64,000 bases of DNA from Gammaproteobacteria bacterium (GTDB lineage Bacteria > Pseudomonadota > Gammaproteobacteria > Steroidobacterales > Foliamicaceae). The stretch is taken from positions 1,095,037-1,159,036 of the forward strand of contig OZ220471.1 of the NCBI GenBank assembly GCA_965115835.1. The letters run 5' to 3'. A program made the translations under genes and the position numbers. Position 1 is the first letter of the stretch, and each line of letters starts with the position of its first letter. Of the stretch, positions 36,099-44,955 are shown piece after piece. Under the pieces are notes generated by a model. That model worked only from the letters and a program-made list of their open reading frames with translations. It searched no databases and was not told the origin of the DNA.

Positions 36099-38193
36099 CA
36101 GGGCTGTTTCAAAGTCGTGGTCAGATTATTGGCCTGACAGTTTGTTTGCGGTGTACTGGACATTGAGCGGGTATTCGGTCATGATGGTCGGCGATGGAGA
36201 TGTCAGTTGCCATGTCCGGGTTCGATCTGGCGGAGGTGTCGGTGCGGCCGGTGACGGATCGAGCCGAGTCCGCTCGCTGGGATGTACTGATGTCCCGTCA
36301 CCACTATCTCGGCTTCCGCGGTCTGGTCGGTGGCGGTGTCCGTCAGGTGGCGGAGTTGCCGGACGGGACTTGGCTGGCGCTGCTGGGCTGGCATGCGGGT
36401 TCATTCAAGGTCGGAGTGCGTGATCGTCTGATCGGCTGGACTCGCGAGCAGCAGTTTCGTCGTCTGCGTCTGGTTGCGAACAACACGCGGTTTCTGGTGC
36501 TGCCGGGCGCTCGGATGCCGAATCTCGCCTCGCGGGTTCTCGGCTTGTCGCTGCGTCGGCTGTCGCAGGACATGAAGGCGCAGACCGGCCACCCGGTATT
36601 GCTGGCGGAGACCTTTGTCGATCCGGCCCGGTTCAGCGGGACCTGCTACCGTGCCGCCAACTGGCGGGAGATTGGCAGGACGCGCGGCTATGCGCGGGTT
36701 CCGGGGGGCGGCTGGCGCGAGCACGGCGAGCCGAAGAGGGTGTTGATACGGGAGTTGCGTTCGTCGGCATGTGCGGCCTTGCGTCAGCCGCAGGACGATC
36801 AGGAATGGGGGCTGGTCGCGGCGCCGCCGCGACTGCCGGAGGTCGAGCGTCTCAGGAGCCTGTATGAGTTTCTCCGCCAAGTGCCGGAGTATCGCAAGGC
36901 GCGGGGCATCCGCCACTCGTTGGCGACGATCTTTTCGATTGCTCTGGCGGCGAAGCTGGCGGGGGTGCGCGGGGTGGTGACGATCGGGGAGTTCGCTGCT
37001 CGTCTGACCCAGGCGCAACTGGCGGCGGTGCGGGCGTTCTGGAGTCCGAGCCGCAAGCGCTATGTCGCGCCGTCGCGAACCTCGTTTCACCGAGTGCTGT
37101 CGCAGGTTGCTCCGGAAGTGCTCGACGAAGCGCTGAGCCGCTTCATTGAGCAGAACCGGTCTCCGCACGGCGCGGTTGCGGTTGACGGCAAGGTGACTGT
37201 GGCCGAGTGGATACAGGGCAAGGACAGCGAGCGCGTGCTGGTGGCGGCGGTCGAGCACGGCAGCGGTCTGGTCTGCGGTCAAGAGGCCTGCGACGGGGCC
37301 GGCGGCGAGATTCTGGGTGCGCGCGCGCTGCTGCAGCGTCTCGACATCCGGGATCGGGTGGTGACGCTCGACGCCCTGCACACGCAGCGCAAGACGGCGC
37401 AGTTGATCGCCGAGCGCGGCGGGTTCTACCTGATGACGGTCAAGGGCAACCAGCAGGAACTGCTTGACGGTCTGGCCTCCGGCCTCGACTGGGAGGCCGC
37501 GCAAGTCGCGGCCACCGAGCACGAGACGGTCGAGAAGGGGCATGGACGCATCGAAACCCGCCGCTGTCGGGTGATCCCTCTCGATCTCGTCTCGCCCGAT
37601 TGCGTTGCGATGCCTCACCGCCGCCAAGCCATCCGCATTGAGCGCGAGCGGCATGTCCTGCGCACCCGGCGCACCTCGACCGAAACCGTGTACGGCGTCA
37701 CCTCGCTGGGGCCGGAACAGGCATCGGCGAGTGAATTGCTTCGCCTCAACCGAGGCCATTGGGAGATCGAGAACCGGCTGCACTATGTGCGTGATGTCAG
37801 CTACGACGAAGACCGCAACCGCGTCAAGGCAAAGCGTCTGCGCCGCAACCTCGCCTGCCTCGCAAACGCCGCCATCTCGATCGTGCGACTTGACGAACGA
37901 TTCGACTACATGCCCCAGGCTCACCGCCACTTCGCCGCCCGACAGGGCGACGCCATGCGACAAGTCACACGACGCGGCTTCCGCCGCTGAAACCACGGCA
38001 TCCGACGCACCCACTCTGCCCGAACGGCGTCACGCGACGACGCGGGCCGCCAAAAAGCCCGGAACCGACGGCCCGGAAAGCGCCGGCCTGCCGAAATCCC
38101 CGACTACCCGACGCGCCAGCGGATCACGCACGGACCATCTCGCTGCACCTCGGCGCACGAACTTGGACTCACCACGACTTTGGAATGGTCCTG
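36099..38193 (+). mobile_element. ISAs1-like element copy 3, complete, with a 10-bp target-site duplication
   Basis: The left inverted repeat (IRL) is CAGGGCTGTTTCAAAGTCGTGGTCAG (36099-). The reverse complement of the right inverted repeat (IRR) is CAGGACCATTCCAAAGTCGTGGTGAG (ending 38193). It is flanked by TGGAACCGGT at 36089-36098 and 38194-38203. Confidence 0.85.
36194..37990 (+). CDS. DUF4338-like/ISAs1-family transposase (598 aa)
   Basis: Full-length paralogue of 32700-34496, with the same motifs. Confidence 0.9.
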   Translation: MEMSVAMSGFDLAEVSVRPVTDRAESARWDVLMSRHHYLGFRGLVGGGVRQVAELPDGTWLALLGWHAGSFKVGVRDRLIGWTREQQFRRLRLVANNTRFLVLPGARMPNLASRVLGLSLRRLSQDMKAQTGHPVLLAETFVDPARFSGTCYRAANWREIGRTRGYARVPGGGWREHGEPKRVLIRELRSSACAALRQPQDDQEWGLVAAPPRLPEVERLRSLYEFLRQVPEYRKARGIRHSLATIFSIALAAKLAGVRGVVTIGEFAARLTQAQLAAVRAFWSPSRKRYVAPSRTSFHRVLSQVAPEVLDEALSRFIEQNRSPHGAVAVDGKVTVAEWIQGKDSERVLVAAVEHGSGLVCGQEACDGAGGEILGARALLQRLDIRDRVVTLDALHTQRKTAQLIAERGGFYLMTVKGNQQELLDGLASGLDWEAAQVAATEHETVEKGHGRIETRRCRVIPLDLVSPDCVAMPHRRQAIRIERERHVLRTRRTSTETVYGVTSLGPEQASASELLRLNRGHWEIENRLHYVRDVSYDEDRNRVKAKRLRRNLACLANAAISIVRLDERFDYMPQAHRHFAARQGDAMRQVTRRGFRR

Positions 38194-38211
38194 TGGAACC
38201 GGTACAACCGG

Positions 38212-38240
38212 TTGACAAGTGTCCAAGAATTTGCTATGGG
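38212..38240 (+). promoter_or_regulatory. sigma70-like promoter candidate for the small-protein cassette
   Basis: TTGACA (38212-38217), a 17-nt spacer, then TATGGG (38235-38240). It lies about 39 nt upstream of the ATG at 38279. Confidence 0.4.
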
Positions 38241-38278
38241 TAGAAAATAACACCTTAGATTGGGAGAAGGGGGAGAAG

Positions 38279-38701
38279 ATGAAAAAGTCAAACAAGTGGC
38301 TCCGAGGGGGAGCTGTGGGGCTGCTTTCTGTGGTCTTTCTTTCGGCATCTCCAAAAGCTTTTGCCGATATATGGCGATATCCAGATAGCTATGGTCATTG
38401 TCCAGCAGGGTACTCCCATATTCCTCAAACCGAATTATTCCTTGCGGGGCGTTGGGATGCACCTTCTGTGGGTATGTGCCTTGATAGACAGTATGTTCTT
38501 ACCCGGAACGGTGGGGTGCAGTTGGCGAGTACGCACGGTTGCCATATGATTGCAGATGGCATGGGAGGCATATCCGCAATGTGGGGGCTCGGTGCCGGCA
38601 TAACGGCAATTATTCCTGGTGCGCAAGTGCATGCTGCGGCTTTCGCCTTGATTGGTGCAGGTTTCAGCTTGGCATCGTATTTTGTGCGCCAAAGCTGCTG
38701 A
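38279..38701 (+). CDS. secreted or membrane-anchored Cys-containing protein with a Gly-zipper-like hydrophobic C-terminus (140 aa)
   Basis: RBS GGGGGAG. Signal peptide MKKSNKWLRGGAVGLLSVVFLSASPKAFA|D. C-terminus GMGGISAMWGLGAGITAIIPGAQVHAAAFALIGAGFSLASYF. Low-GC cassette. Confidence 0.55.
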   Translation: MKKSNKWLRGGAVGLLSVVFLSASPKAFADIWRYPDSYGHCPAGYSHIPQTELFLAGRWDAPSVGMCLDRQYVLTRNGGVQLASTHGCHMIADGMGGISAMWGLGAGITAIIPGAQVHAAAFALIGAGFSLASYFVRQSC

Positions 38702-38717
38702 TGAAAAGGAGCACAAG

Positions 38718-38993
38718 ATGAGCTTGAACATTATCCGCAATAACAAGAACAAACTGCTGGGCGGCGTGGCTATTGTGCTTTCGCTTTTTTCCGTGGGCAT
38801 GGCTGCGTACGTCCATATTCTTGGTAAAGGCGATGAATACATGCTCGGGATAATAATATTTTATGCACTGCTGTATATAACGGCATTGTGTATCGGCTTG
38901 GCTATTCGATCCGTTATTTTGAAGCTGAAAAGGGATTTGAAGCAGGATTTGAAGCAGGATTTGATGCGGGATTTACAACAGGAAGCTTCATGA
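38718..38993 (+). CDS. small two-TM protein with a charged repeat tail (91 aa)
   Basis: RBS AAAGGAG. Two hydrophobic helices, then KLKRDLKQDLKQDLMRDLQQEAS. Confidence 0.5.
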   Translation: MSLNIIRNNKNKLLGGVAIVLSLFSVGMAAYVHILGKGDEYMLGIIIFYALLYITALCIGLAIRSVILKLKRDLKQDLKQDLMRDLQQEAS

Positions 38994-39229
38994 ATTTCAC
39001 TTGGCTGGGCCGGGGTTTGGCGATCATTTGGTGGGGTGCAATAGGATACTTGGTCGGTGTCTTCATTCTTGGGATTCTTGGCTACTTTTTCTTGCAGGGG
39101 GAGGTGCATCAGGAGGCCCTGATTAAGTGGGGGAGGCTTATAACTGCTATCCCTTACCTTGTTGCCCTTTCTTTTGCATGGTTCTTTGCTGGCCGTCGAT
39201 ACTGGAAGCAGTCAAAAAGACAACCGTGA
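38990..39229 (+). CDS. small two-TM protein with a basic C-terminus (79 aa)
   Basis: The ATG overlaps the previous stop (ATGA). Sequence GLAIIWWGAIGYLVGVFILGILGYFFL ... LITAIPYLVALSFAWFFAGRRYWKQSKRQP. Confidence 0.5.
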   Translation: MNFTWLGRGLAIIWWGAIGYLVGVFILGILGYFFLQGEVHQEALIKWGRLITAIPYLVALSFAWFFAGRRYWKQSKRQP

Positions 39230-39655
39230 ATCGCCATAACCTTAGGATGACGGAAAACGTCAAGAGACCAGTCGGGACGCCTGCCCGCACAATGCGTCTG
39301 GGATCGTAGATGTCCTTTCCGTTCATCAATAACCGGAAGATGATGGCGACAGGCGGCAACCGCAATTGTGGCAGCTTCGCCATCGCCTAGTGAGGGGCTT
39401 CCCGACACGAGGGTTTCGTAAACCACATGCTCGCGTTCATTCAGGGTAGTGAGTTGAACTTTGCCCGACGCGGCCAAATCTTGGATAAACTGATACTCAC
39501 CGTTGTTCCTACCCGTCTCATGCTCAAGCTCCACTGCTACAATTTCCGTCACCAGCATGAAGGTTTATCAGGACACTCGTGTCGATGATCAGCGGGCTCG
39601 AGTCATCAGCTAGGAAGCTTGAGTAAGTATCCGTCTCGCTATCCTTGAGCACGGT
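39154..39655 (-). pseudogene. PIN-domain (VapC-like) gene, frameshifted
   Basis: One frame upstream of 39558 reads ...PLIIDTSVLINLHAG (PIN N-terminal Asp). After a frame change the ORF continues ...GDGEAATIAVAACRHHLPVIDERKG. The C-terminal third looks degenerate. Confidence 0.45.
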
Positions 39656-40130
39656 TAGAGTTGATCTTCTCGGCTACAGATTATGGACGATCCGAATCCG
39701 TTTCAAGAGATTGGCACCTATCGACTGCTTCTGACGAGCTGGTTGAGCAAACGAGGCTGAGAATCGCTCATTGCTTTGTTGATGCTGGTTATGCATAAGC
39801 GCGTTTGACCTGCCCCCGACGATGGATCCAGTTTCAATGTTGGTGCATTGACGATTTCTCTGCCATGCTGGGCGAGATGAGTCAGTGCCGCGAGCAGCGA
39901 GTCATCACCGTGTTGATCGTTATCGGGACGATTGCGACAGACACGGCCCAACGGCGACAAAAGTCGCCATGAGGCGCCGCACAGCGCGGCAATTGGCGTC
40001 GAACGCGGTGTTGCAATGGTGTTGACTGTCGGGACAGACGCGGGCAGCAGCATTTGCTTCATCTCCGCAAATAATTGATATAAAGGTTCTTTTCCCGCCT
40101 GAAAAAGTTGCGTATTCCCTGCACGGAAGC

Positions 40131-40138
40131 GTTGACGG
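40131..40138. repeat. right copy of the 8-bp direct repeat GTTGACGG
   Basis: See 7454-7461. Confidence 0.6.
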
Positions 40139-40193
40139 TCACGTCGGCGCCGAGGCGGCCGATGAGTTCCACGCGATTCAATCCAAATGCCAT
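40131..40193 (-). pseudogene. ssb: ssb 5' fragment (first 21 codons) at the right insertion junction
   Basis: ATG at 40193 with GGAGAA upstream. It encodes MAFGLNRVELIGRLGADVTVN. Homology to ssb ends exactly at GTTGACGG (40131-40138). Confidence 0.7.
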
Positions 40194-40456
40194 GACTGTT
40201 CTCCTGGTTGGTTGTTGTGACGATGGGTTGCGAGCGACCGGAGACCGAGGCGATCTCTCTCCCCGGCCCCCTGCCGCTCACCCTTCCTTCTCCTTCCCTC
40301 CAACTCCTTGTCCCGCGTCGGTTTGCGATCCGGGCAGCGACATGCCCGATCGTCGGTCAGGGCGTCGCGCACGGACGGAACATCGATGCCCAGTTCCGCG
40401 AGCAAGGCGTCGCCGGTGGGAGTGATGAGGTCGTAATCGGTGTCGGGTGCGAACAT
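40178..40456 (-). CDS. small hypothetical protein (paralogue of 28624-28800, divergent and longer C-terminus)
   Basis: MFAPDTDYDLITPTGDALLAELGIDVPSVRDALTDD... with AAGGAGA upstream. The 3' end runs into the ssb fragment, so the true stop may be altered. Confidence 0.45.
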   Translation of the reverse strand: MFAPDTDYDLITPTGDALLAELGIDVPSVRDALTDDRACRCPDRKPTRDKELEGRRRKGERQGAGERDRLGLRSLATHRHNNQPGEQSWHLD

Positions 40457-40682
40457 GCGGGTCTCCTTCGGTGGTCGCGCCCGGGACGGGGGAGCCTTTC
40501 TCCCTCCACTCTCCCGGATGCTTGCCCGGCACCCCGCGAAACTCCGACTCTTGAGAACAGCGACAGGAACGCGACGGCGCAGCAATTCGCGGGGCGGCGG
40601 ATCAATCCGGGACGGCTCCCCCCGCAGGCGTACCGAGCAGACGGCGGGGCCGAAAGCCCTCTGCAACCGCTGTCCGTCGGCG

Positions 40683-41702
40683 TCACTCCCAGCCTGTCAG
40701 GGTTGCGAGAGGATGCACATCGCGGATCACCACGACCTGATCCCCGGACAGCTTCTCGAAGGCGATGAAGGCGGCCGCTTCCATCTCGTCGTCGAAGGTT
40801 CCCAGACACTCCTCGGTCGCAACCAGGATTACCGCGAAGCTCGGCGGATACACCGGCATGCCGCGGACATGGCCGGAGCGCTCGTACGACCGGCGGGCGC
40901 AAGTCTCGCAACGAGCCGCCCCGTGGGCAGGAGCGCCGCAATGCGTGCATCGGCGGGCCGCCCTGCGGCTCCAGTACCGGCGTCGCGAGGCGGCGTTCTT
41001 TCGTTCGGGCGAACCGCGCTCGGCCTCCAGAGCGGAACAGGGCGCACAGCGGGAGCCGCCGTCACTCGAAGGCCCTCCGCACACTGTGCATAACCGGGCG
41101 GCGCGCCGGGACGCATACAGTTCGCGCTCGGCGGCCTGGCGAACCTCCCGGCACGGTTCGCATGTTGTGCCGCCGGCGGCGGGCGGACGGCAGCCGCACC
41201 GTACGCACATCCCGGTATCGAGCCGGGTTTGCCGGCGTTTCCGGCTCGCGGCGCGGGCGTTTCTGCGTTTGGCCTGCACGTTCTTGCCGCCGTACTTCAG
41301 CCCCGCAGCCCGGGCCCTGGCGTACCGGATGCGCTCGGCCTCGCGTCTCTTTTGGGCGCATCCTTCGCACAGACGGCGGGCCCGCTCCGCAGGCTGCTGT
41401 CCGCACTTGAGGCACAACCCCGCCTCGCGGCGCTGGTCGACCTGTCGGCGCGCCCGCTCGCGCTCACAGGCTTTCGCCCGCACGGGATCGCGTCGCGGCT
41501 TGCCGGCAGCGCGCAGCCGGGCGTCCCGCGCACGGTCGACGGCGCGAGATTGCACAGCGCACGGCTCGCAAAGGCTTCGATCGGGCGCAGGCCGCCGCTT
41601 TCCGCACTTCGGGCACAGGCCGGCGGCGCGCCGTTCGGCAGTGCGCCGGGCCACCCGCTCGCGGTCGCGCGCCCGACGCATCTCGGGGTTCTTCCAGGGC
41701 AT
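40683..41702 (-). CDS. five-zinc-ribbon Arg-rich protein (339 aa, copy C)
   Basis: About 90% identical to 29028-30047, with the same CxxC spacing and the same C-terminal domain. Confidence 0.7.
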   Translation of the reverse strand: MPWKNPEMRRARDRERVARRTAERRAAGLCPKCGKRRPAPDRSLCEPCAVQSRAVDRARDARLRAAGKPRRDPVRAKACERERARRQVDQRREAGLCLKCGQQPAERARRLCEGCAQKRREAERIRYARARAAGLKYGGKNVQAKRRNARAASRKRRQTRLDTGMCVRCGCRPPAAGGTTCEPCREVRQAAERELYASRRAARLCTVCGGPSSDGGSRCAPCSALEAERGSPERKNAASRRRYWSRRAARRCTHCGAPAHGAARCETCARRSYERSGHVRGMPVYPPSFAVILVATEECLGTFDDEMEAAAFIAFEKLSGDQVVVIRDVHPLATLTGWE

Positions 41703-41790
41703 GAGGGCATCTCCAGTCTCGGTGGATGTCGGGACGGCAGGACGCCCCATCGGCAAAGGACCGGCAGGGCGTTCCAGAGAGACTTGCGCC

Positions 41791-42117
41791 TCAGCCCTTC
41801 TGGCGGCGCTCCACAAAGATCCCCATGGCCCGCCAGCCCCACAGCTGCACCCCGCAATTGCGCAGCCTGATCCCCGTCGCGATGATGATCTCGTCGCGGG
41901 CCGGGCGCATCTTCTCGACCTCTTTCAGCGAGACAATGACCAAGCGCGGCTTGCGCCGCCCTTTCGGTCGGGCGCCGCCAGTCTCGACGGGAACGATGTC
42001 GCCGTCCGCCCGGGACAGGTAGCGCTGAATGACGTAGCGGTCGTCGTCGAGTCCGCCGCCGACGAAGTGGGTGAGAAAGGTGCGCGCGTCGCCGCGCGGT
42101 GCGAGTGCCGCCTGCAT
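41791..42117 (-). CDS. conserved hypothetical protein (108 aa, copy C)
   Basis: Paralogue of 30135-30461. Confidence 0.6.
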   Translation of the reverse strand: MQAALAPRGDARTFLTHFVGGGLDDDRYVIQRYLSRADGDIVPVETGGARPKGRRKPRLVIVSLKEVEKMRPARDEIIIATGIRLRNCGVQLWGWRAMGIFVERRQKG

Positions 42118-42294
42118 CGTGCCGTGCTCCTCATGGTCGGATGAAAGGGAACGGCGGCTGCGACTTCCTCCGGAGCGCAACCGCCGTCCTCCTTCCGGCC
42201 AGACTCCGCCTCTTGATGGCGCAACACGATGGTGGCGGCTTCAGAAGCACAGCCTCGCCAGCGCCACTGGTTGCCAAAGCTGACTCAGCGGCGA

Positions 42295-42452
42295 GAGCAC
42301 ACGGATCAGGTTGGACCAAGCAAGCCAGATCGGTTCGAGACTGAAACACATACTTGAGGATGCGAACCGCCTTGCTGGACTCATTCGTCCACGACCACGG
42401 AACAAGGATGACTGACAATCATTCCCGACGATGGCTTCAGTGTGCCTCAAGG
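42295..42452 (+). pseudogene. 3' remnant of a second PLD-family cargo gene plus its 42-bp downstream sequence
   Basis: 42358-42452 aligns with 23789-23880 (ATGCGA..C..TGGACTCATTCGTC.ACGACCAC...GGATGACTGA.AATCATTCCCG.CGAT.GCTTCAGT.TGCCT.CAAGG). There is an indel near the stop, and weaker similarity extends back to about 42295. Confidence 0.6.
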
Positions 42453-43022
42453 TTTTGACGGCCCGACTCCGGTCGGGGCCGAGGACGCTACAACCGCAAC
42501 AAGCTCCACAAAGGTAGCTGGCTCCGCCCCCTCCGAAGCGATTGGCAGCGCACACTCAATCGGTAAAATCACCGGCGCCGTCGGACTGTGCGATCAATCA
42601 GGCGGCGACTTCCACGGCCCGATGGAACCATTGCTCTTGGGTAAACGGTTACAGCGAGCATTTGGGCGACACACCTCTGCTTGAGTGCGCCTCGTTTGGA
42701 ATGAATCTGCTTGCGGGTTGCTTACGATAGCAAGAATCAATTTGTTAAAGCGCTGTTATTCAAGGTATATTTTATGCTATCTCTTACTCCGGGCTGGGAG
42801 GCCCTGTATCGGGCCATCGCCTTCGGCCACCACCCAACCGAACTGGCGCCCTTCGACACCTCCTGAACCCATCGCCGTGGTCGGGTGTGCGACGAGCGGG
42901 TTCTTCGGGGAAACAGCGTAGCCAAACCACTTATCCGGCGCCGGCCGGAGGGGTAGCCTTCCCCAAGCGATCCGCCAACCGGCCATCCGCGCCAGAATGC
43001 CGCCCCATCAGCACCGCAAAAT

Positions 43023-43040
43023 GGCTTGGCGGGAATTGCT
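43023..43040. mobile_element. solo right terminus of the MITE-like element
   Basis: GCTTGGCGGGAATTGCTG is identical to 60303-60320. The receptor-like coding homology begins immediately after it. Confidence 0.45.
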
Positions 43041-44788
43041 GTTATCCACTGAGGGAGGTGCAGGAAGGGCGCATACCCTGGGCCTACACGGAAAGCGAAA
43101 ACAAGCAGCGCAACTATGCGGCGGGTTTCTACTGGCAGCTTGCGGACAAGCACCAGTTGCAACTGGACCTCTCGCTCTCGGAGTCCAGGAAACGCGGTTG
43201 GCAGATAAGAACCTCCTGGCGGAGGAATCGCGGGGACCCGAGCGCCGAGACTTTCTACCGGGCGCTTGACAGTTCGGACCCCGATGTTGCACTGAACCTG
43301 TTTGGCGACGGCACGGTGCAGGATTCGGCGTTCGAGGAATTGTTCACCAATACCTTGGGGCCCACTCTGGGCTTTACGGACATCACGACTATCAAGCCCT
43401 ATGTACGCGGCGAAATCTTCGAAATATGGGCCGGCCCGGCCCGTTACGTCATCGGCGGGGAGTCCATGACACGCAAGGTATACAGCTATTCCGAATTCTG
43501 GGGCCAGGAAGGGCAGGAGCGCGCAGACAATTTTGAAAGTATTGAAGGCGTCAGGGAGCCCACTCAGAAAAATACCGCCTGGTACGTCGAGTTGGCGTTG
43601 CCGCTCGCAAGCCCGGACAACTCCTGGCCCGGACTGCACTCCTTGCAGCTCAGCCTGCAGCTCCGGCGGGACAGCCACGACTATGAAGGCGCTGCCGGAG
43701 GCACTGACGGGAGAAGCGTTCCGGCGCCGCGCTGGGCGTGGATTGATGGCGGCTGGGTCCAAGTTCCGTATTCTCGGTGGGAAAATCAAGGCGACCCCAA
43801 CATCGTCGGGCTGACCAAGAGCGACAACACTTGGCGGGCCGGTCTTTTTTATCAACCGGTGGAAGAGCTTACGGTGCGGGCTTCGCAGACGAGGACATTC
43901 AAGCCGCCCAAGTACAACTCGCTCTTCGATATAAGCAACCCCTTGACAAGACCGGGATACTTCGTCGACCCGTACAACCCGGATGGACCGACGGAAATTG
44001 TCCGTCCACCCACTACCCGCTCGTCTTTCAATTCGGACATCAAGTCCGAAACCGGACGCACCATACGGATTGCAGCGGACTGGACGCCGCCAGCAGTGCC
44101 CGGCCTGACGCTCTCGGCAGACTGGTCGAAGGCCGTGCAAAAGGACAAGATCCATTACTCGACCAGCATTCTGTATGACCATCCGGAAATTGGCTTCCGC
44201 CTGCCGGTGATCGTAAAACGGGATGCCGATGGACGGATCACGCAGATAAACTCCTTCGACATCAATCTGGCAGAAAAAGTAAACGAGCTGCTGATCCTTT
44301 ATGGGGAGTATTCCTTTCAAACGAGGCTGGGAGATTTCAATCCAAGGCTGACCTATACGCGAGTGCTGGACGAGTACTTCACCGTGGTACCGGGTAGCCC
44401 TGAAGTTGACCGCGTCGGTACAATCAAGGGAAGCGACAAGTACAAGTTGCAAGGGTCGCTCACGTGGCTCTGGAACCGATTTGCTGCCGATCTGTTCGTC
44501 GATTACAGGCCCAGCTACGAGAACAACCGCACGGGGATCTGCTTTGAAGTGGTTGGACGCTGCTCGCGACTCTACGAAAACAGGCCTACTATTGAGGTGG
44601 ACTCCCTGACGACGGTCGATCTTACGCTGACATACCAGTTCGACAACGGCCTGCGGTTGCGCGGCGGCGGACGCAATATCCTTTACGAAAAGTCCTACAC
44701 TGTCTTCGAGGGCAGACTCAACTACGACCCAACCCGCTGGAATGCCCGGGGCCGGGTGTTCTTCCTCGAATTACAGTACGAGATGTAA
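43041..44788 (+). pseudogene. TonB-dependent-receptor-like outer-membrane beta-barrel, 5'-truncated (no signal peptide, TonB box or plug)
   Basis: Alternating beta-strand pattern with a TBDR-like C-terminus ...GLRLRGGGRNILYEKSY...GRVFFLELQYEM. The ORF's first approximately 50 codons (42887-43040) are not receptor-like. Confidence 0.55.
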
Positions 44789-44853
44789 TAATGAGAAGCC
44801 TTTAACCCCCAGGCTCCTGCCCACACGGCGCCGGACGCGCGGGATTTTCTGAC

Positions 44854-44895
44854 AAGCCCTCCAAGCCGCAAAATGGCTTGGAGGGCTTGCTTTTT
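44854..44895 (+). terminator. rho-independent terminator
   Basis: AAGCCCTCCAAGCC-GCAAAAT-GGCTTGGAGGGCTT (14-bp perfect stem), followed by GCTTTTT. Confidence 0.8.
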
Positions 44896-44955
44896 CCGGC
44901 ACGATCCTCGCTTCATGCATGAAGCGCCCCCCTGCCGGGCCGCCGTTCCGCAGCC

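Larger units (their letters stand above)
7462..40130. mobile_element. putative nested integrative, mobilizable element (about 32.7 kb) inserted in ssb
   Basis: Bounded by the 8-bp direct repeat. A tyrosine integrase lies 180 bp inside the left end. It carries a MobF relaxase, an oriT-like site and an RHH protein, but no T4SS or T4CP gene was seen. Internally it is scrambled by IS elements. Confidence 0.5.

Noticed and set aside
32571-38014. Long ORFs antisense to the three ISAs1-like transposase copies (32571-34487+, 34706-35908-, 36401-38014-)
   Set aside because: They are repeated only because the IS is repeated. They have an Arg/Leu/Pro-rich composition and no motifs.
39718-40062. 114-aa minus-strand ORF just inside the right ssb junction (possible excisionase or regulator position)
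   Set aside because: GGAG abuts the ATG with no spacing, I recognise no HTH or family motif, and the composition is unremarkable. There is not enough support to call it a gene.
43011-43026. 16-nt identity (CCGCAAAATGGCTTGG) with the terminator loop/stem at 44866-44881
   Set aside because: A single 16-mer coincidence is expected by chance at roughly 0.5 per 64-kb window, and no flanking similarity is present.
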